NCBI GenBank assembly: GCA_010909165.1 | Contig: VJWM01000103.1 | Span: forward strand, 124,001-188,000 | Direction of reading: 5' to 3' | Length of the DNA stretch: 64,000 nt | Source: Anthoceros angustus | Taxonomy: Eukaryota > Plantae > Anthocerotophyta | Translations under genes and position numbers: made by a program | The notes under the pieces: generated by a model | The model's database searches: none | Told to the model about the DNA's origin: nothing | Seen by the model: the letters and a program-made list of their open reading frames with translations, nothing else | Shown: piece by piece, positions 51,447 through 62,082 of the stretch | Position numbering within the stretch: position 1 is the first letter of the stretch | How the letters are laid out: every line of letters begins with the position of its first letter

Positions 51447-54400
51447 CTAGCGTGGACCTTTGTAGGGGCTTGCCCAATACTTGGGCTTGTCCTTCTTGTT
51501 GTGGGGATCCAGCTTGTCCTGCTCCAGCATCTCGACTTTGGCTGCCACGCCGCTTGCCTTGACGAGGGCAGTTGCCCAAGCTTCCCTTGTTGAGGCGGTA
51601 TGGCCGGGCCCTACTTCCACATAATAATTACCTTCAACAACCTCAGCGCCTTTGCGAATTGGGCGACCCTTCCAAAACTTGTCTTCATGCCGTGCTTCGA
51701 GCCTGCGAACACCCTCGACACACCTGAGGAGGTAGAATTTAACGTTCTCTGCATTGCCTGGCTCCGCACGTACCATATAGTTGTCTCCAGGCTCCAACTC
51801 TCGCACTCCCGAGGACAAGTGACTAGTCTTCGGTCTTGATGAATGCTTCGGTTTGGTCGTCTTTGGAGCCTTCCGCTTCGTGCCTCTACTCCCAGAGCGG
51901 GTCCCCATCCCCTCGGCAGCCTCACTATTATCATCTTGCACCAAACATGCCCACCCCACTCACATTTCCTCGACCCGATTCGGCGACACCTCCACCCCAC
52001 TGCTCCACGACATGTGTCCTTGTCCACTTGAGTCCATCATCCTTCGCCTCATGAGATGTGTCCTCATTCTCCACCTCGGTGTGTCCCTATCCACCTCAAG
52101 TGGGGCCTTCTCAACCTCAAGTGTGTCATTCTCCACCTCATGTGTGGCATTTGTCAGTCGGTGTGGCCTTCTCTACCTGATGCCCCTCCATGTCCACCTC
52201 AAGCGTGTCCTTGTCCACCTCTAGTGTGGCCTTCTCAACTGAGCTATGTCATTCTCCACCTCATGTGTGGCACTTTTACGCCCGGTGTGGCCTTCACCTC
52301 GGGTAGCTCCTGTCCACCTCATGTGTGTCCTTGTCCACCTCAAATGTGGCATTCTCCACTATAAGTGTGGCCTTTTCCTCGGATGTGGCCTTCTTCACCT
52401 CAGGCGGCTCATTCTCCACCTCCTCATTGGGCGTCGCTTCCTCAGGTGTGGGCGTTGTTGCAAAGTTGTCCAAAACTTCTGCATCATGTAAAAAGTCATC
52501 AAGTGCTTGGGATTGGATGTCGTCCACTAAGCCGCCAACCACGTCATCACCTCCATGAACCTCCTGATCTGCCTCCCCCCACACTGCACCTCGTTCCACA
52601 GCCACTGGGTCTTCCTGTGATCCGGCTCCTGCGTGGGTGTCATCAACCTGCAGCAATTCCATTGTTGCAACCTTCTCGAGGCCTACACCAGATTGACCCC
52701 CTTGCATTGGAGCCGTTTTTTTCACCGAGGGCGGGGTCCAAGCACCCCCCTCTGTGCCCTGACCCGGCACGCCAAAAACTGAGCCGTAAGAGCCGCCGCC
52801 AGGGGTGGCAAACAGAGTGGCCGTGTTCCAAATGGGAACACGGCGACTGGCACTTGTCACCGACGGCAGCTTTTCATAGCAAGCTGTAGAAAAAACGCGA
52901 TGATAGCATTAGACTTTGGAGGGAAAGCAACACAGGTGCAAAGGGTGAACCCTATTCCTCGGCACACACCCCTACACACACGGAGATCTTTGCGCATGTC
53001 TGGCGGTGGCTACGGCGGATCTTCTCAAGGCGGGACAACAATGCATCCGGATCCTTTACCACTCAAGGTACTCGATTTCCACTCCTTGAGTTGTTCCGCA
53101 CCACACCTGTATCTGTTCCTGAAGGTCCCAACCTTTTGCGACATACCACCGGTGTCCACATCCATCTGCAGTCTTCGGGGCACATGTCTTGTTAGTGCAA
53201 ATGGGAAAAAGGCAAAATTCATGGTACATATGCCATACGAGCAAAACACACTCATTGCAGCCAACCACCACAATGACACACTCAATGAGAAACAAGGTGG
53301 ACACCAGTTCGAGACAAGAAAACAGATCCGCACAGTACACCGAAAGAATACCTTGCGCATATAGGGCAAGCATTCACAGCAATTGTTGGCCCGGTCGTCC
53401 GCTCCAATGGCGCTGGAAGGAAGTTGGTGCGACCAGGCCTCCCTTCCACTTCAACATCCATGACTGCTGCAAGAGACTTGAGGATGTTGAACATCCGCTC
53501 CTTTCGGTCGACAACGCAAGCCTGCTGCTGAAGCTCATGTTGGGCGCGGCAGTCCTCTGTCGCTCACTCCTCAACCCAAAGGTACAGGCTTTTCTCCAGA
53601 GTGTAGAAGGCTTGAAGCTGGCTGATTAGGGATGTGTGCCCTTGAATGTCCTCAAAAGTCTCGTCCTCATCAATGCTCTTCTGCACCATCTCCATTTCTT
53701 GAGTTCACTTGCGGATGTCGAACGCCACCTCCCCAAGTCTCTGTTTTTCACCAGTCAATGCTTGCTTCACCTCCTTTGCAGCGGTATCCACCTTGTCAAG
53801 TTGCATATTCACATCATCAACTCCCAGTGATCTGGATCGGTGGTGGCGAGGATGGTAGCCACCTTGCTCTTCCTTCGCGTGCTGCCCTCACATGATCATC
53901 ACCAGTAAGTTACCCATCCACCCTTCCAGTGGAACATTATTGCATGCAAAGTGGCATTGTGCCACCAGGTAGAACCAATATGCAGGAAAAGTGGCCTTGG
54001 GCACAGGAAGTGGAAGACAGACACAGAGTAAATGACCAGGGTGCAACGCACATGTGGCAGAGTGGACCAGAATTGCAGGCAAAGTGGCATTGTGCACACA
54101 GGTGGAACAAATGTGCAGGAAAAATGACATTGGGCACAGGAAGTGGAAGACAGACACAGAGCAAATGACCAGGGTGCAACGCACATGTGGCAGAGTGGAC
54201 CAGAATTGCAGGCAAAGTGGCCTTGTACACACAGGTGGAACAAACTGCAGATAAACTGACATTGGGCACACCAAGCGGATGAGAAACAAACAGCACATGA
54301 CTAGGGTGCGACGCACATGTCGCTCAACAACCAGGTCTGAGTTACTGACAGATAAGCTAGTGCATGGTGCACTTCACATGAGCCTACACTATGTCAAAAT

Positions 54401-56127
54401 AGGTTGACTGACAAGGAGGGCCATCCTGGGTGCTCCTTAGAGGATACTAGGTAGTCTAGAGGGACTTAGCGACCATGCATGCGGAATAGGAAGATAAATC
54501 AGGCATGTTAGACAACCTTGGAGAGACAAAATAAAAAACAAGCACATCCTACCATGAGGTGGCTGCTGCTCATGTCTTGTGGGCTTCCCTACAATGAGTA
54601 GGGGCTCTTCCTCCTTGACTCCTGCAGCCTTCACCGCCTCTGCCCGCTTTCCCTCTCGTATTTCTCGTTTCTTATTCCTTCCGGATTGGGTCTTCTCGTG
54701 AAACACCCTCCAGTTCACCTCGACGCCAGCAAGTTTCTCCAGCGCAATCCCAAGGGCCATAAGCCTAGGGATCCGCTTCTCCCCAAGTGGCCTCAACTCG
54801 TACATGCCATAAACAAGAACATCAATTTCCCTCCATTCTTCTTGAGGGCAGCCTCGCCAACCATGCCCCTCGTTAAAGCGGGGGCCAAAAGCTTCTCCAC
54901 CTCCTCATTCCCCAACATTTCCCTCGGTCCATTTACGAGCCCCAAGTCTTTGACATCCACCCGGCTAGCGGATCGCCATCACCGCCCTCCATGTCCATCT
55001 TGCCATGGGCTCTTTCGCCCATATTCCCTCGAGCGCTCTCTTTCTTCTTGCTCGGCGCTCCTTCCCTTTCCGGCTCCGCTTTTCCGCTGCCCTACTTTTG
55101 GATTCCATGGATCTGCCACTTCGCTTGGGCACCTCAGGTGAGGTCGCTTCCACCTCACCTCCAGTCCTCACTCTGCGGATGAGTGCCCAGCTCCCCTCAC
55201 AGTGTGGTCTTCCACATCTGGCGTCCTCGCTTTCTTCAAGCTCGGACGTCGCCTTAGATGAATTCCTCCGCACACACAACCCACATCAAGGACCACGTTA
55301 AGTTAAATGGAAAGCACGGTTAGCGGACGTGAGCACCATCCACATCTGCAGCATGAAAAGCACTCTGAGCACTGCCTCGAGCTGGCCAGGTTGGTTAGTA
55401 AGGTCCGTGAGAGTGACTAGAATCAGGTTTGCCTCTCGCCGTGCGGGCAAAGTGGCATTGTGCACAGGTGGAACAAACTGCAGATAAATGCCCAAGCATC
55501 CTGCTTGGGGCATGCCAGCATCAAGTCCCCATCGCGACGGCCTGCCCCTTGTCCTCCGCCATCCGCAGCTCTCGCCGTGCAGACGAGGCCCATGTCCTGG
55601 CCCCAAACCAGAGCCTGGGCTCGAGGGAGGGCTCCACAAGCCGGGTCTCGGGACATGAGCTTAGAGGTGCCTCCCACCTTGGGTGTAAGAGGCCTTGCAC
55701 TTGACGATCACCACCTCACCCAATCGCACCCTAAACTTTCCAAACATGCAATCATACCTGGAGGTCGTCCGCATCCTGGCTTCCGAGCTCTTAGGTGGGC
55801 GTTTTCTGATGAGCACGGATCTTTGTTAGGCGGGGTCATGGCGAACGCAAGCCCCGATTGCGGCTCAGCGACCTCGCACCTCGCAGATTGGTGGCTCGGA
55901 ACTTGGCTGTCCTCCCCGGCGGCGCTGGCCCGATCTCCCTTCCGCCGCGCCTGCCTAGCCTCTAACCGTGGGGACCTCATTGTGGCTGAGCTGGGCACCC
56001 TCCTCCCCTTCCTCCTGAACACTCCAAATGGTGATGGTGTCAAGCAGCGGCGACGCCTCCGAGAGCTCCCGCGTGAAGTCGAAGCCTGCCATAGCTTCAC
56101 GCCCGAGCCGGTACTTTCAATTCCCAA
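51447..56127 (-). pseudogene. Degenerate multi-exon accessory gene of the Sola2-like element
   Basis: Successive minus-strand coding-like segments (55708-56127, 54965-55279, 54437-54805 with GVEVNWRVF, a coiled-coil at ~53590-53830, 52294-52860, 51447-51959), interspersed with tandem repeats (~128 bp x3 at 53930-54320; motif array at 52015-52400). Gene boundaries are approximate. Confidence 0.5.
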
Positions 56128-56990
56128 GTTCAGCTGTACATGACAAGTTCACGTTCCAAATTTGACTTAACTTCAAATTATATAAATATAGGATAACCGA
56201 AACTCGCCGTATATGCAGCACATAGTGCACATTTGCATATGTCACAAAATGTGGTATACCTAACCGTGCCTACACCCATATGTGCAGGAATACATAGTCC
56301 ATCAGAGTGCCAACCCATATGGTCTGATGCCAAGGAAAAAAGGGAATAAGGTCCATTACCCAAAAAACATATAGGAGGTGAAACAGTCATCCTGTATTAT
56401 GGGTTTGTGTTGAACGCACAGAAACATTTGTATGCGGTGGACAAAAAAGCGATAAGGGATAAGCTCTGCGAGTTGCGCGGCTTCATACAGCTTGTGAGTC
56501 AAAGTGCCGCTGAAGATAGTGATGAAAATGCTGGAGAAGCTGGACCAAGTGATGACGAAGGATTGAACTCTGGGGATGAGTGAAACTCAAATCACGGTTT
56601 GTCCCGGGGTCCCAAAGTGAATGTTGTACGTCCGGTTCCAAATGTTACTGTGTTTTGGAAATACCCTGTTCGTGGCTTTTGTTGAGTCCTTACTAAACCA
56701 CATTTTCCTTCCAAAACTGAATTTATGGTCCTCCCTTCCCGGCAGAAACGCCCTCCCTTACAAGTCCCACTTTGCATTAATCCCATAGGTTCGAGTTTGC
56801 GATCACCATTCGACAGAAACATTGCTGATTGGAAAGTAGTAATTTTACTGGGTGATACCCTTCTTTTCGAAGATGTTTTCCGGAATGACTAGTGAACGCT
56901 GTTTTAGGCCCCATAAAAAACCCCCTTCAGAGATTATTTACAGAAAACCCCCCATCGAGATTATTCACCCCTTTCAAAAATTATGGTGTT

Positions 56991-58680
56991 ACATACAGAT
57001 ACATGTTGTTAGTCACTCTGTTAGTGGAGCTGTTAGTTAGAAAGATCGGTAGGGTCACACACCATATGGGGAACAGTCACACCTCTTCACCAAGAGGCAG
57101 CATCCCATATAAGACCTAGTGTGCCTACTCCTAATTTATTCCCGATCATTCTCTTCTCGCATGAGTGTGAGATCCTGGCCTGCTCTGCATTCCAGTATGG
57201 TGTCAGAGCTGGTTCGCTCATGACTTCATCGATGCATATGGAGTTCTCTTTAATGTCTCCTCATGTAGATTGAAGTGAGCTCGGAAACCGGGCACCAGTA
57301 GGACATTCATGCCTATGGGGGCCATTGGGAGGGGCACACGCAGCCCCTGCCCCCCCTCCCCCATGTCACCCTCATTTTGATTCTGCCGGAACACCTCCTT
57401 AGGCGACAACGGCAATTCGGTGGGAGCGGGATTCTGTAGCACCATAGGCGGTACCGGTTCAAGATTTACTGCCTGCCGGTTGCAGAGCATGGGATATCCC
57501 CAAAATTTCCACGCGCCTAATCGCGGCACAGCACTCACCAGGATTGCAAATAATTAGGGCACAAGGTCGTAGATCGAACGTGTAATGTGGAGCAACCACA
57601 TCCACTCATCCTCGGGTCAGAGGTGATTACCGGCACCAACTCACGGCTACCATGGCCGCAAGACTCGCCTCTACCCAGCCGTCAGACCTGCGATACGAAT
57701 TCTCCCAGGATTGACTTAATTATTGATGCCCCGCATGTGGATGCTCTAGGATTGAGGGCGCAGAGGTAGGCACTCGTGTGTTGCGCGGCAACGGTGCTGG
57801 CAAGCTCCAACCGATGCGCGGCGATGAATCGGCGCTCACTCGCCGAAACGGTGGAAAAATGGCCATATCGTTTCGGGTGCACCCTTGCCCGCTAGCCCCA
57901 CGAAGCGACAACTTAAGCTTCGACTTCGAAGAGGAGGTCACTTACTCTTTCATAATAACCTTTTCTTTATTAATGATTTAGATGATTGTCACTAGACGGT
58001 GGATCATTAGGATTCCATGCTATATTCTAAGCGATATCAAAATTTTGTATTCGTTGTTATGTTCTAGGAGGTCGTTCTCCTAGATATGGCATCTTCAGAT
58101 TATGTCAGTAGTTAATAAATTTCTTTGATAATTGGCCCTGCTCAAGGGGAGGCCCTTGCCGCCGGAGCCTTAGCGGAGGACCTTGCAGCAAAAGCTTGGG
58201 GGGAGGATGAATAGAAGCAAGCACCTTTGCAAGCTTTCCATCCAACCCTTTTCTTCTTGGCCATCTGCTGGAGGGGGAGACACCTACTCACGGGACATCG
58301 ACATCGACATCCGGTGGACTACATAAAAAGTGAAGACAGCAAGTCTACTGCGCACTAAAGACATGACCGTGAAGACCGTAGGACTACTACATGCCAAGGA
58401 CTTCTCTTCCTCAACTACCAGCGATCACGATTTTAGTTTCCCTAACACCTTATATCAGAGGGGGAGTATTGGAACATATAGATACATGTTGTTAGTCACT
58501 CTGTTAGAGGAGCTGTTAGCTAGGAAGATCGGTAGAGTCACACACCATATGGGGAACATTCACATCTCTTCACCAAGAGGTAGCATCCCATACAAGACCT
58601 AGTGTGCCTATTCCTGATTTATTCCCCATCATTCTCTTCTCGCATCGGTGTGAGATCCTGGCCTCCTCTGCATTCCAATA
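56991..58680 (+). mobile_element. Small non-autonomous LTR element (TRIM-like), ~1.7 kb
   Basis: 5' LTR 56991-57197, PBS tggtgtcagagc 57198-57209, non-coding interior, PPT agagggggag 58457-58466 and 3' LTR 58467-58680 (TATTGGAA...TTCCAATA). The LTRs are colinear with scattered substitutions. Confidence 0.85.
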
Positions 58681-58913
58681 GCGAGGACTCGGTAGCTTGA
58701 CTCTTTCCACTCCATTATCAACAAGAACAAAATCGTTTACTCATGTCTTTCTGCAAAAAGTCCTAAACCCTAGTCTAGCTTTTGTGTGGTAGAGATGTCT
58801 CCCTTCACAGGCAAGAGCGAGAATGCTAAGCCGAATTCGCGGCATTTGGGAAACAAGACTGGGAACGATGAATCAGTGGCTGGCAGTGGTAACAGTGGCA
58901 GCCACCGGTGTGG

Positions 58914-61010
58914 ACTGTGATGAGCGACGTTGACATCTGACACAAACATACAGAGCCACTACAGCTGCACGAACAGTCGCCCACCTTCTGCGAATGTGGG
59001 CGAAGACTTACCTGGTTATGGAACGTTCTGGAGACATTGCGTGGCGACGATCACCGAACTTGTCGCGCTGAATCAGAGTGTTTTCATGTAAAATCAAACA
59101 AGACGGAAATTTGTGGGATGAAATTGTGAAGCAAATGCCATATTTGTACTCACATTACAGCGGTACACTGCTGTGCTGGTGCTTACACCAGTTCATCCGG
59201 TTCCGGTCAGTCCGCTGCAAGGGCGCATCGCTCGCGCAGTCTTGGGTTATCGTGAAAGGCCGAGTTTTCGCTGACTTCAGATGGCAGCGAGACACTGTGT
59301 GCTGTGTCTAGACAATTCCGAGTTTCGCTGACTTCAGATGGCAGCGAGACACTGTTGCTGTGTCTAGACACTTCCGAGTTTCGCTGACTTCAGATGGCAG
59401 CGAGACACTGTGTTGCTGTGTCTAGACAATGTCAAACTTTCCATCCAGGCATCACCTAATCGTGTTTATAAGCTTGCTGAGGGTGCCGCCATTTGAAACG
59501 CAGAGTGGGGAATACAGATCGTGCAATGCAGATTTGCACTTCCAAAGCTACTCTGCTCTGGATTGAAGGGTCTTGACAAAGCTCAAGATTCGGATTTCTG
59601 AAGTTGCGTTCTCAGGCCACGCCCAGCTTTCCTTCCTTCCGACAGTTGTTGGTGAAATCTGCGTCCGCTCCGACGTTGCAGGACAGCAGCTGGTCCAGAG
59701 TGAGAAACGAGTGACAAAACCATCCGGGACGTTCATTTTCGAGTACAGCATATTCAATGGCCAGAGCAATCCAAACGCTGGTTCTTGCTCTGGTAGTCCA
59801 TGCAGTCTGCTTCAACATCCTGACTGCCACAGCCAGCAAAGATGCGGGATTGAGGAAGGGATTCTACAGCAAGAGCTGCCCAAAGGCGGAATCCATAGTG
59901 CACGATGCTGTGAAAAGCGCCGTGGGCAAGAACCCCGGAGTGGCGGGCGGCTTGCTCCGCCTCATCTTCCATGATTGCTTCGTCCGGGTATGTTCAGCCC
60001 GGCCCGAGACACACATTTGGGCTAGCGCCTGCAGAATTTTAGTCTCTCCCTTGATTCTGATGCATTCTGATTCGGTGGTGCAGGGATGTGACGCCTCTGT
60101 GCTGATCGACTCCACAGACGACAACTCAGCGGAGAAAGACGGGCTGCCAAACGCAGGCAGCCTTCGAGGCTTCGAAGTCCTGGACACGGCTAAGGAAAAA
60201 ATCGAAGCCGCGTGCCCCGGCACCGTCTCCTGCGCGGACATCATTGCCTTCGCGGCCCGGGACAGCGTCGCTCTCGTAAGGCCCTGGCCCGCGATTTTGT
60301 GAAATGTGTTTGCTCATCACACGATGCAGATGCTGAATTCGGGACCGAGCATGAATGGCTGACGGGTGGGTGCAACTGCAGAGCGGAGGACCCTGGTACA
60401 GCGTTGCAGCTGGGAGAAGGGATGGGAAAGTGTCGCTGGCAGAAGACACCAGTGCGCTGCCGGGCCCAGGACTGAACGCGCGGCAGCTCACCAAAACCTT
60501 CGCCAGCAAGGGGCTGAGCCAGGACGACATGGTGACGCTCTCCGGAGCCCACACCATCGGCCAGGCCCGCTGCAGCCTGGTCAAGTCGTCTGGGCGCGCG
60601 GTGCGGCAGGCCGAATGTGGAGACGGCAACGCTCGCATCTTCATGGACGAGGATTCGGGCAAGCACTTCGACAACGACTACTACGAGAACCTGGTCGCCA
60701 ACAAGGGCCTCTTCCCCTCGGACCAGTCGCTGTACAATGATCCCCACACTTGCGATGCCGTGGTGTCGTACAGCAAGGATTCCAACTCCTTTAACGCCAA
60801 GTTTATAGAAGCCATGGGCAAGTTGGAGCCATTGACGTCCTCACTGGCGATGCGGGACAAATTCGGCTCAACTGTCGTCGCATCAACTAGGCAGGCAGTT
60901 TGTGTTGGGTTACAGTCTCCAGAGTGCACTAGAACAGCCCAACTTTGTTGAAGACGTACTTTCAATCTGCCAAATTACGTACCCCCTTCACATGATGTCA
61001 CAAGAAGAAG

Positions 61011-61041
<31 letters not shown>

Positions 61042-61529
61042 GTCATCAACCTAGCAATTTGTGTCATGACATGGTTGGTAGAAGGAGGCATGGATCCCAA
61101 CATTTGGCTGTTGTGATCTTGAGCACTTGCTAGTTACAGCGATACAACTCGGTGGTGGAGAAGAAACCTCCTACTCTTCTGCAGAGCACATGTTTGTAGA
61201 CATTTCTAAGACGTAGCCTCAAGCACCGGTCAGGTGCTTGTGAATAAGAGACAACTCATGGCTAACGAAAGTCCTGCTTTTCAAGACCTAGTGCGGCTAC
61301 TCTCCACACAGGCATACCTTGCCCTAAAGGGTCTCCATACATTTCCCACACACGCCAAATACAGTATCTTCAGACTAATCTGCCCCATTCGGAACCTGCT
61401 GAACTGGGATATCGGTGAAGAAGATTATATATAAGAAAAAGGCAGGCTGGAAACTCCCGCGCTCAGCTCAACACGCCCTTGAACCGCAAAAGGATTCCAG
61501 CGCTGGCCGGCGTCACACGGTGCAATTGA
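58914..61529 (+). repeat. Right arm of the inverted duplication (partner 35830-38469)
   Basis: Reverse complement of the left arm. Confidence 0.92.
59757..60890 (+). CDS. Secretory class III peroxidase (exons 59757-59987, 60084-60275, 60382-60890), with a 1-bp deletion near 60826
   Basis: Essentially the same protein as 36497-37628, with GT-AG introns. This copy reads 'aagttggagcc' versus 'aagttgggagcc' in the partner. Confidence 0.87.
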
Positions 61530-62082
61530 TCGCGCAACAATAGGCATCCAAGCGTCTCCAGTGACCGGTACAAACATCCTACCTGACTGATGACCAAGGC
61601 GTGCCTGCTCAAACCTTGGCATCCGAAACGATGCGGCCATCTAGACATGCTCCCAAAACTCACAGGTGACTCCAACCCCAACCGAGGGGCTGCGGGTTCG
61701 ATCGACCTAACCGATTGTCTTTCGGTTCTTTCTTGTTCAGCCAACGCAAGAACATGTGGTGTGTGAAGTCGCCGCTTTCCCGATTGACCATGACCTAAGG
61801 TTTGCTTCGGGAAGGGTTGCAGTTTGATCCGTGATGTGATTGATGATTCCCTCCACCTCCAAATTTGCTGCAAAACGCAAGTTTAGCAGCCATGGGAGGA
61901 GGATGGATAGTGAAGAAGAGGAGGAGGGTTCTCGGGAAATGGTAGGATATTTGCGGCCAGCGGCGGCGGCGGCGGCGAGGGGCACAAGACAGAAAATGAA
62001 AAAAATGAAAAGGAGATATTTTTAATTGTTTGCAGCGAAAAATGAAGGAAAGTAGGGCACCCATAGGTACGTGACGGCAAAT

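Larger units (their letters stand above)
45153..56990. mobile_element. Large Sola2-like DNA transposon, left end deleted, carrying two convergent degenerate genes
   Basis: Transposase remnants on +, an accessory gene on -, and a right terminus ...AATTATGGTGTT (56990) matching the TIR of the nested 48976-51274 element. The terminus abuts an LTR that lacks its first 7 bp. Confidence 0.65.

Noticed and set aside
35830-61529. The inverted arms as giant TIRs of a single transposon
   Set aside because: The arms consist of a host gene with its promoter, the outer ends are ragged and no TSD is visible; a segmental inverted duplication is simpler.
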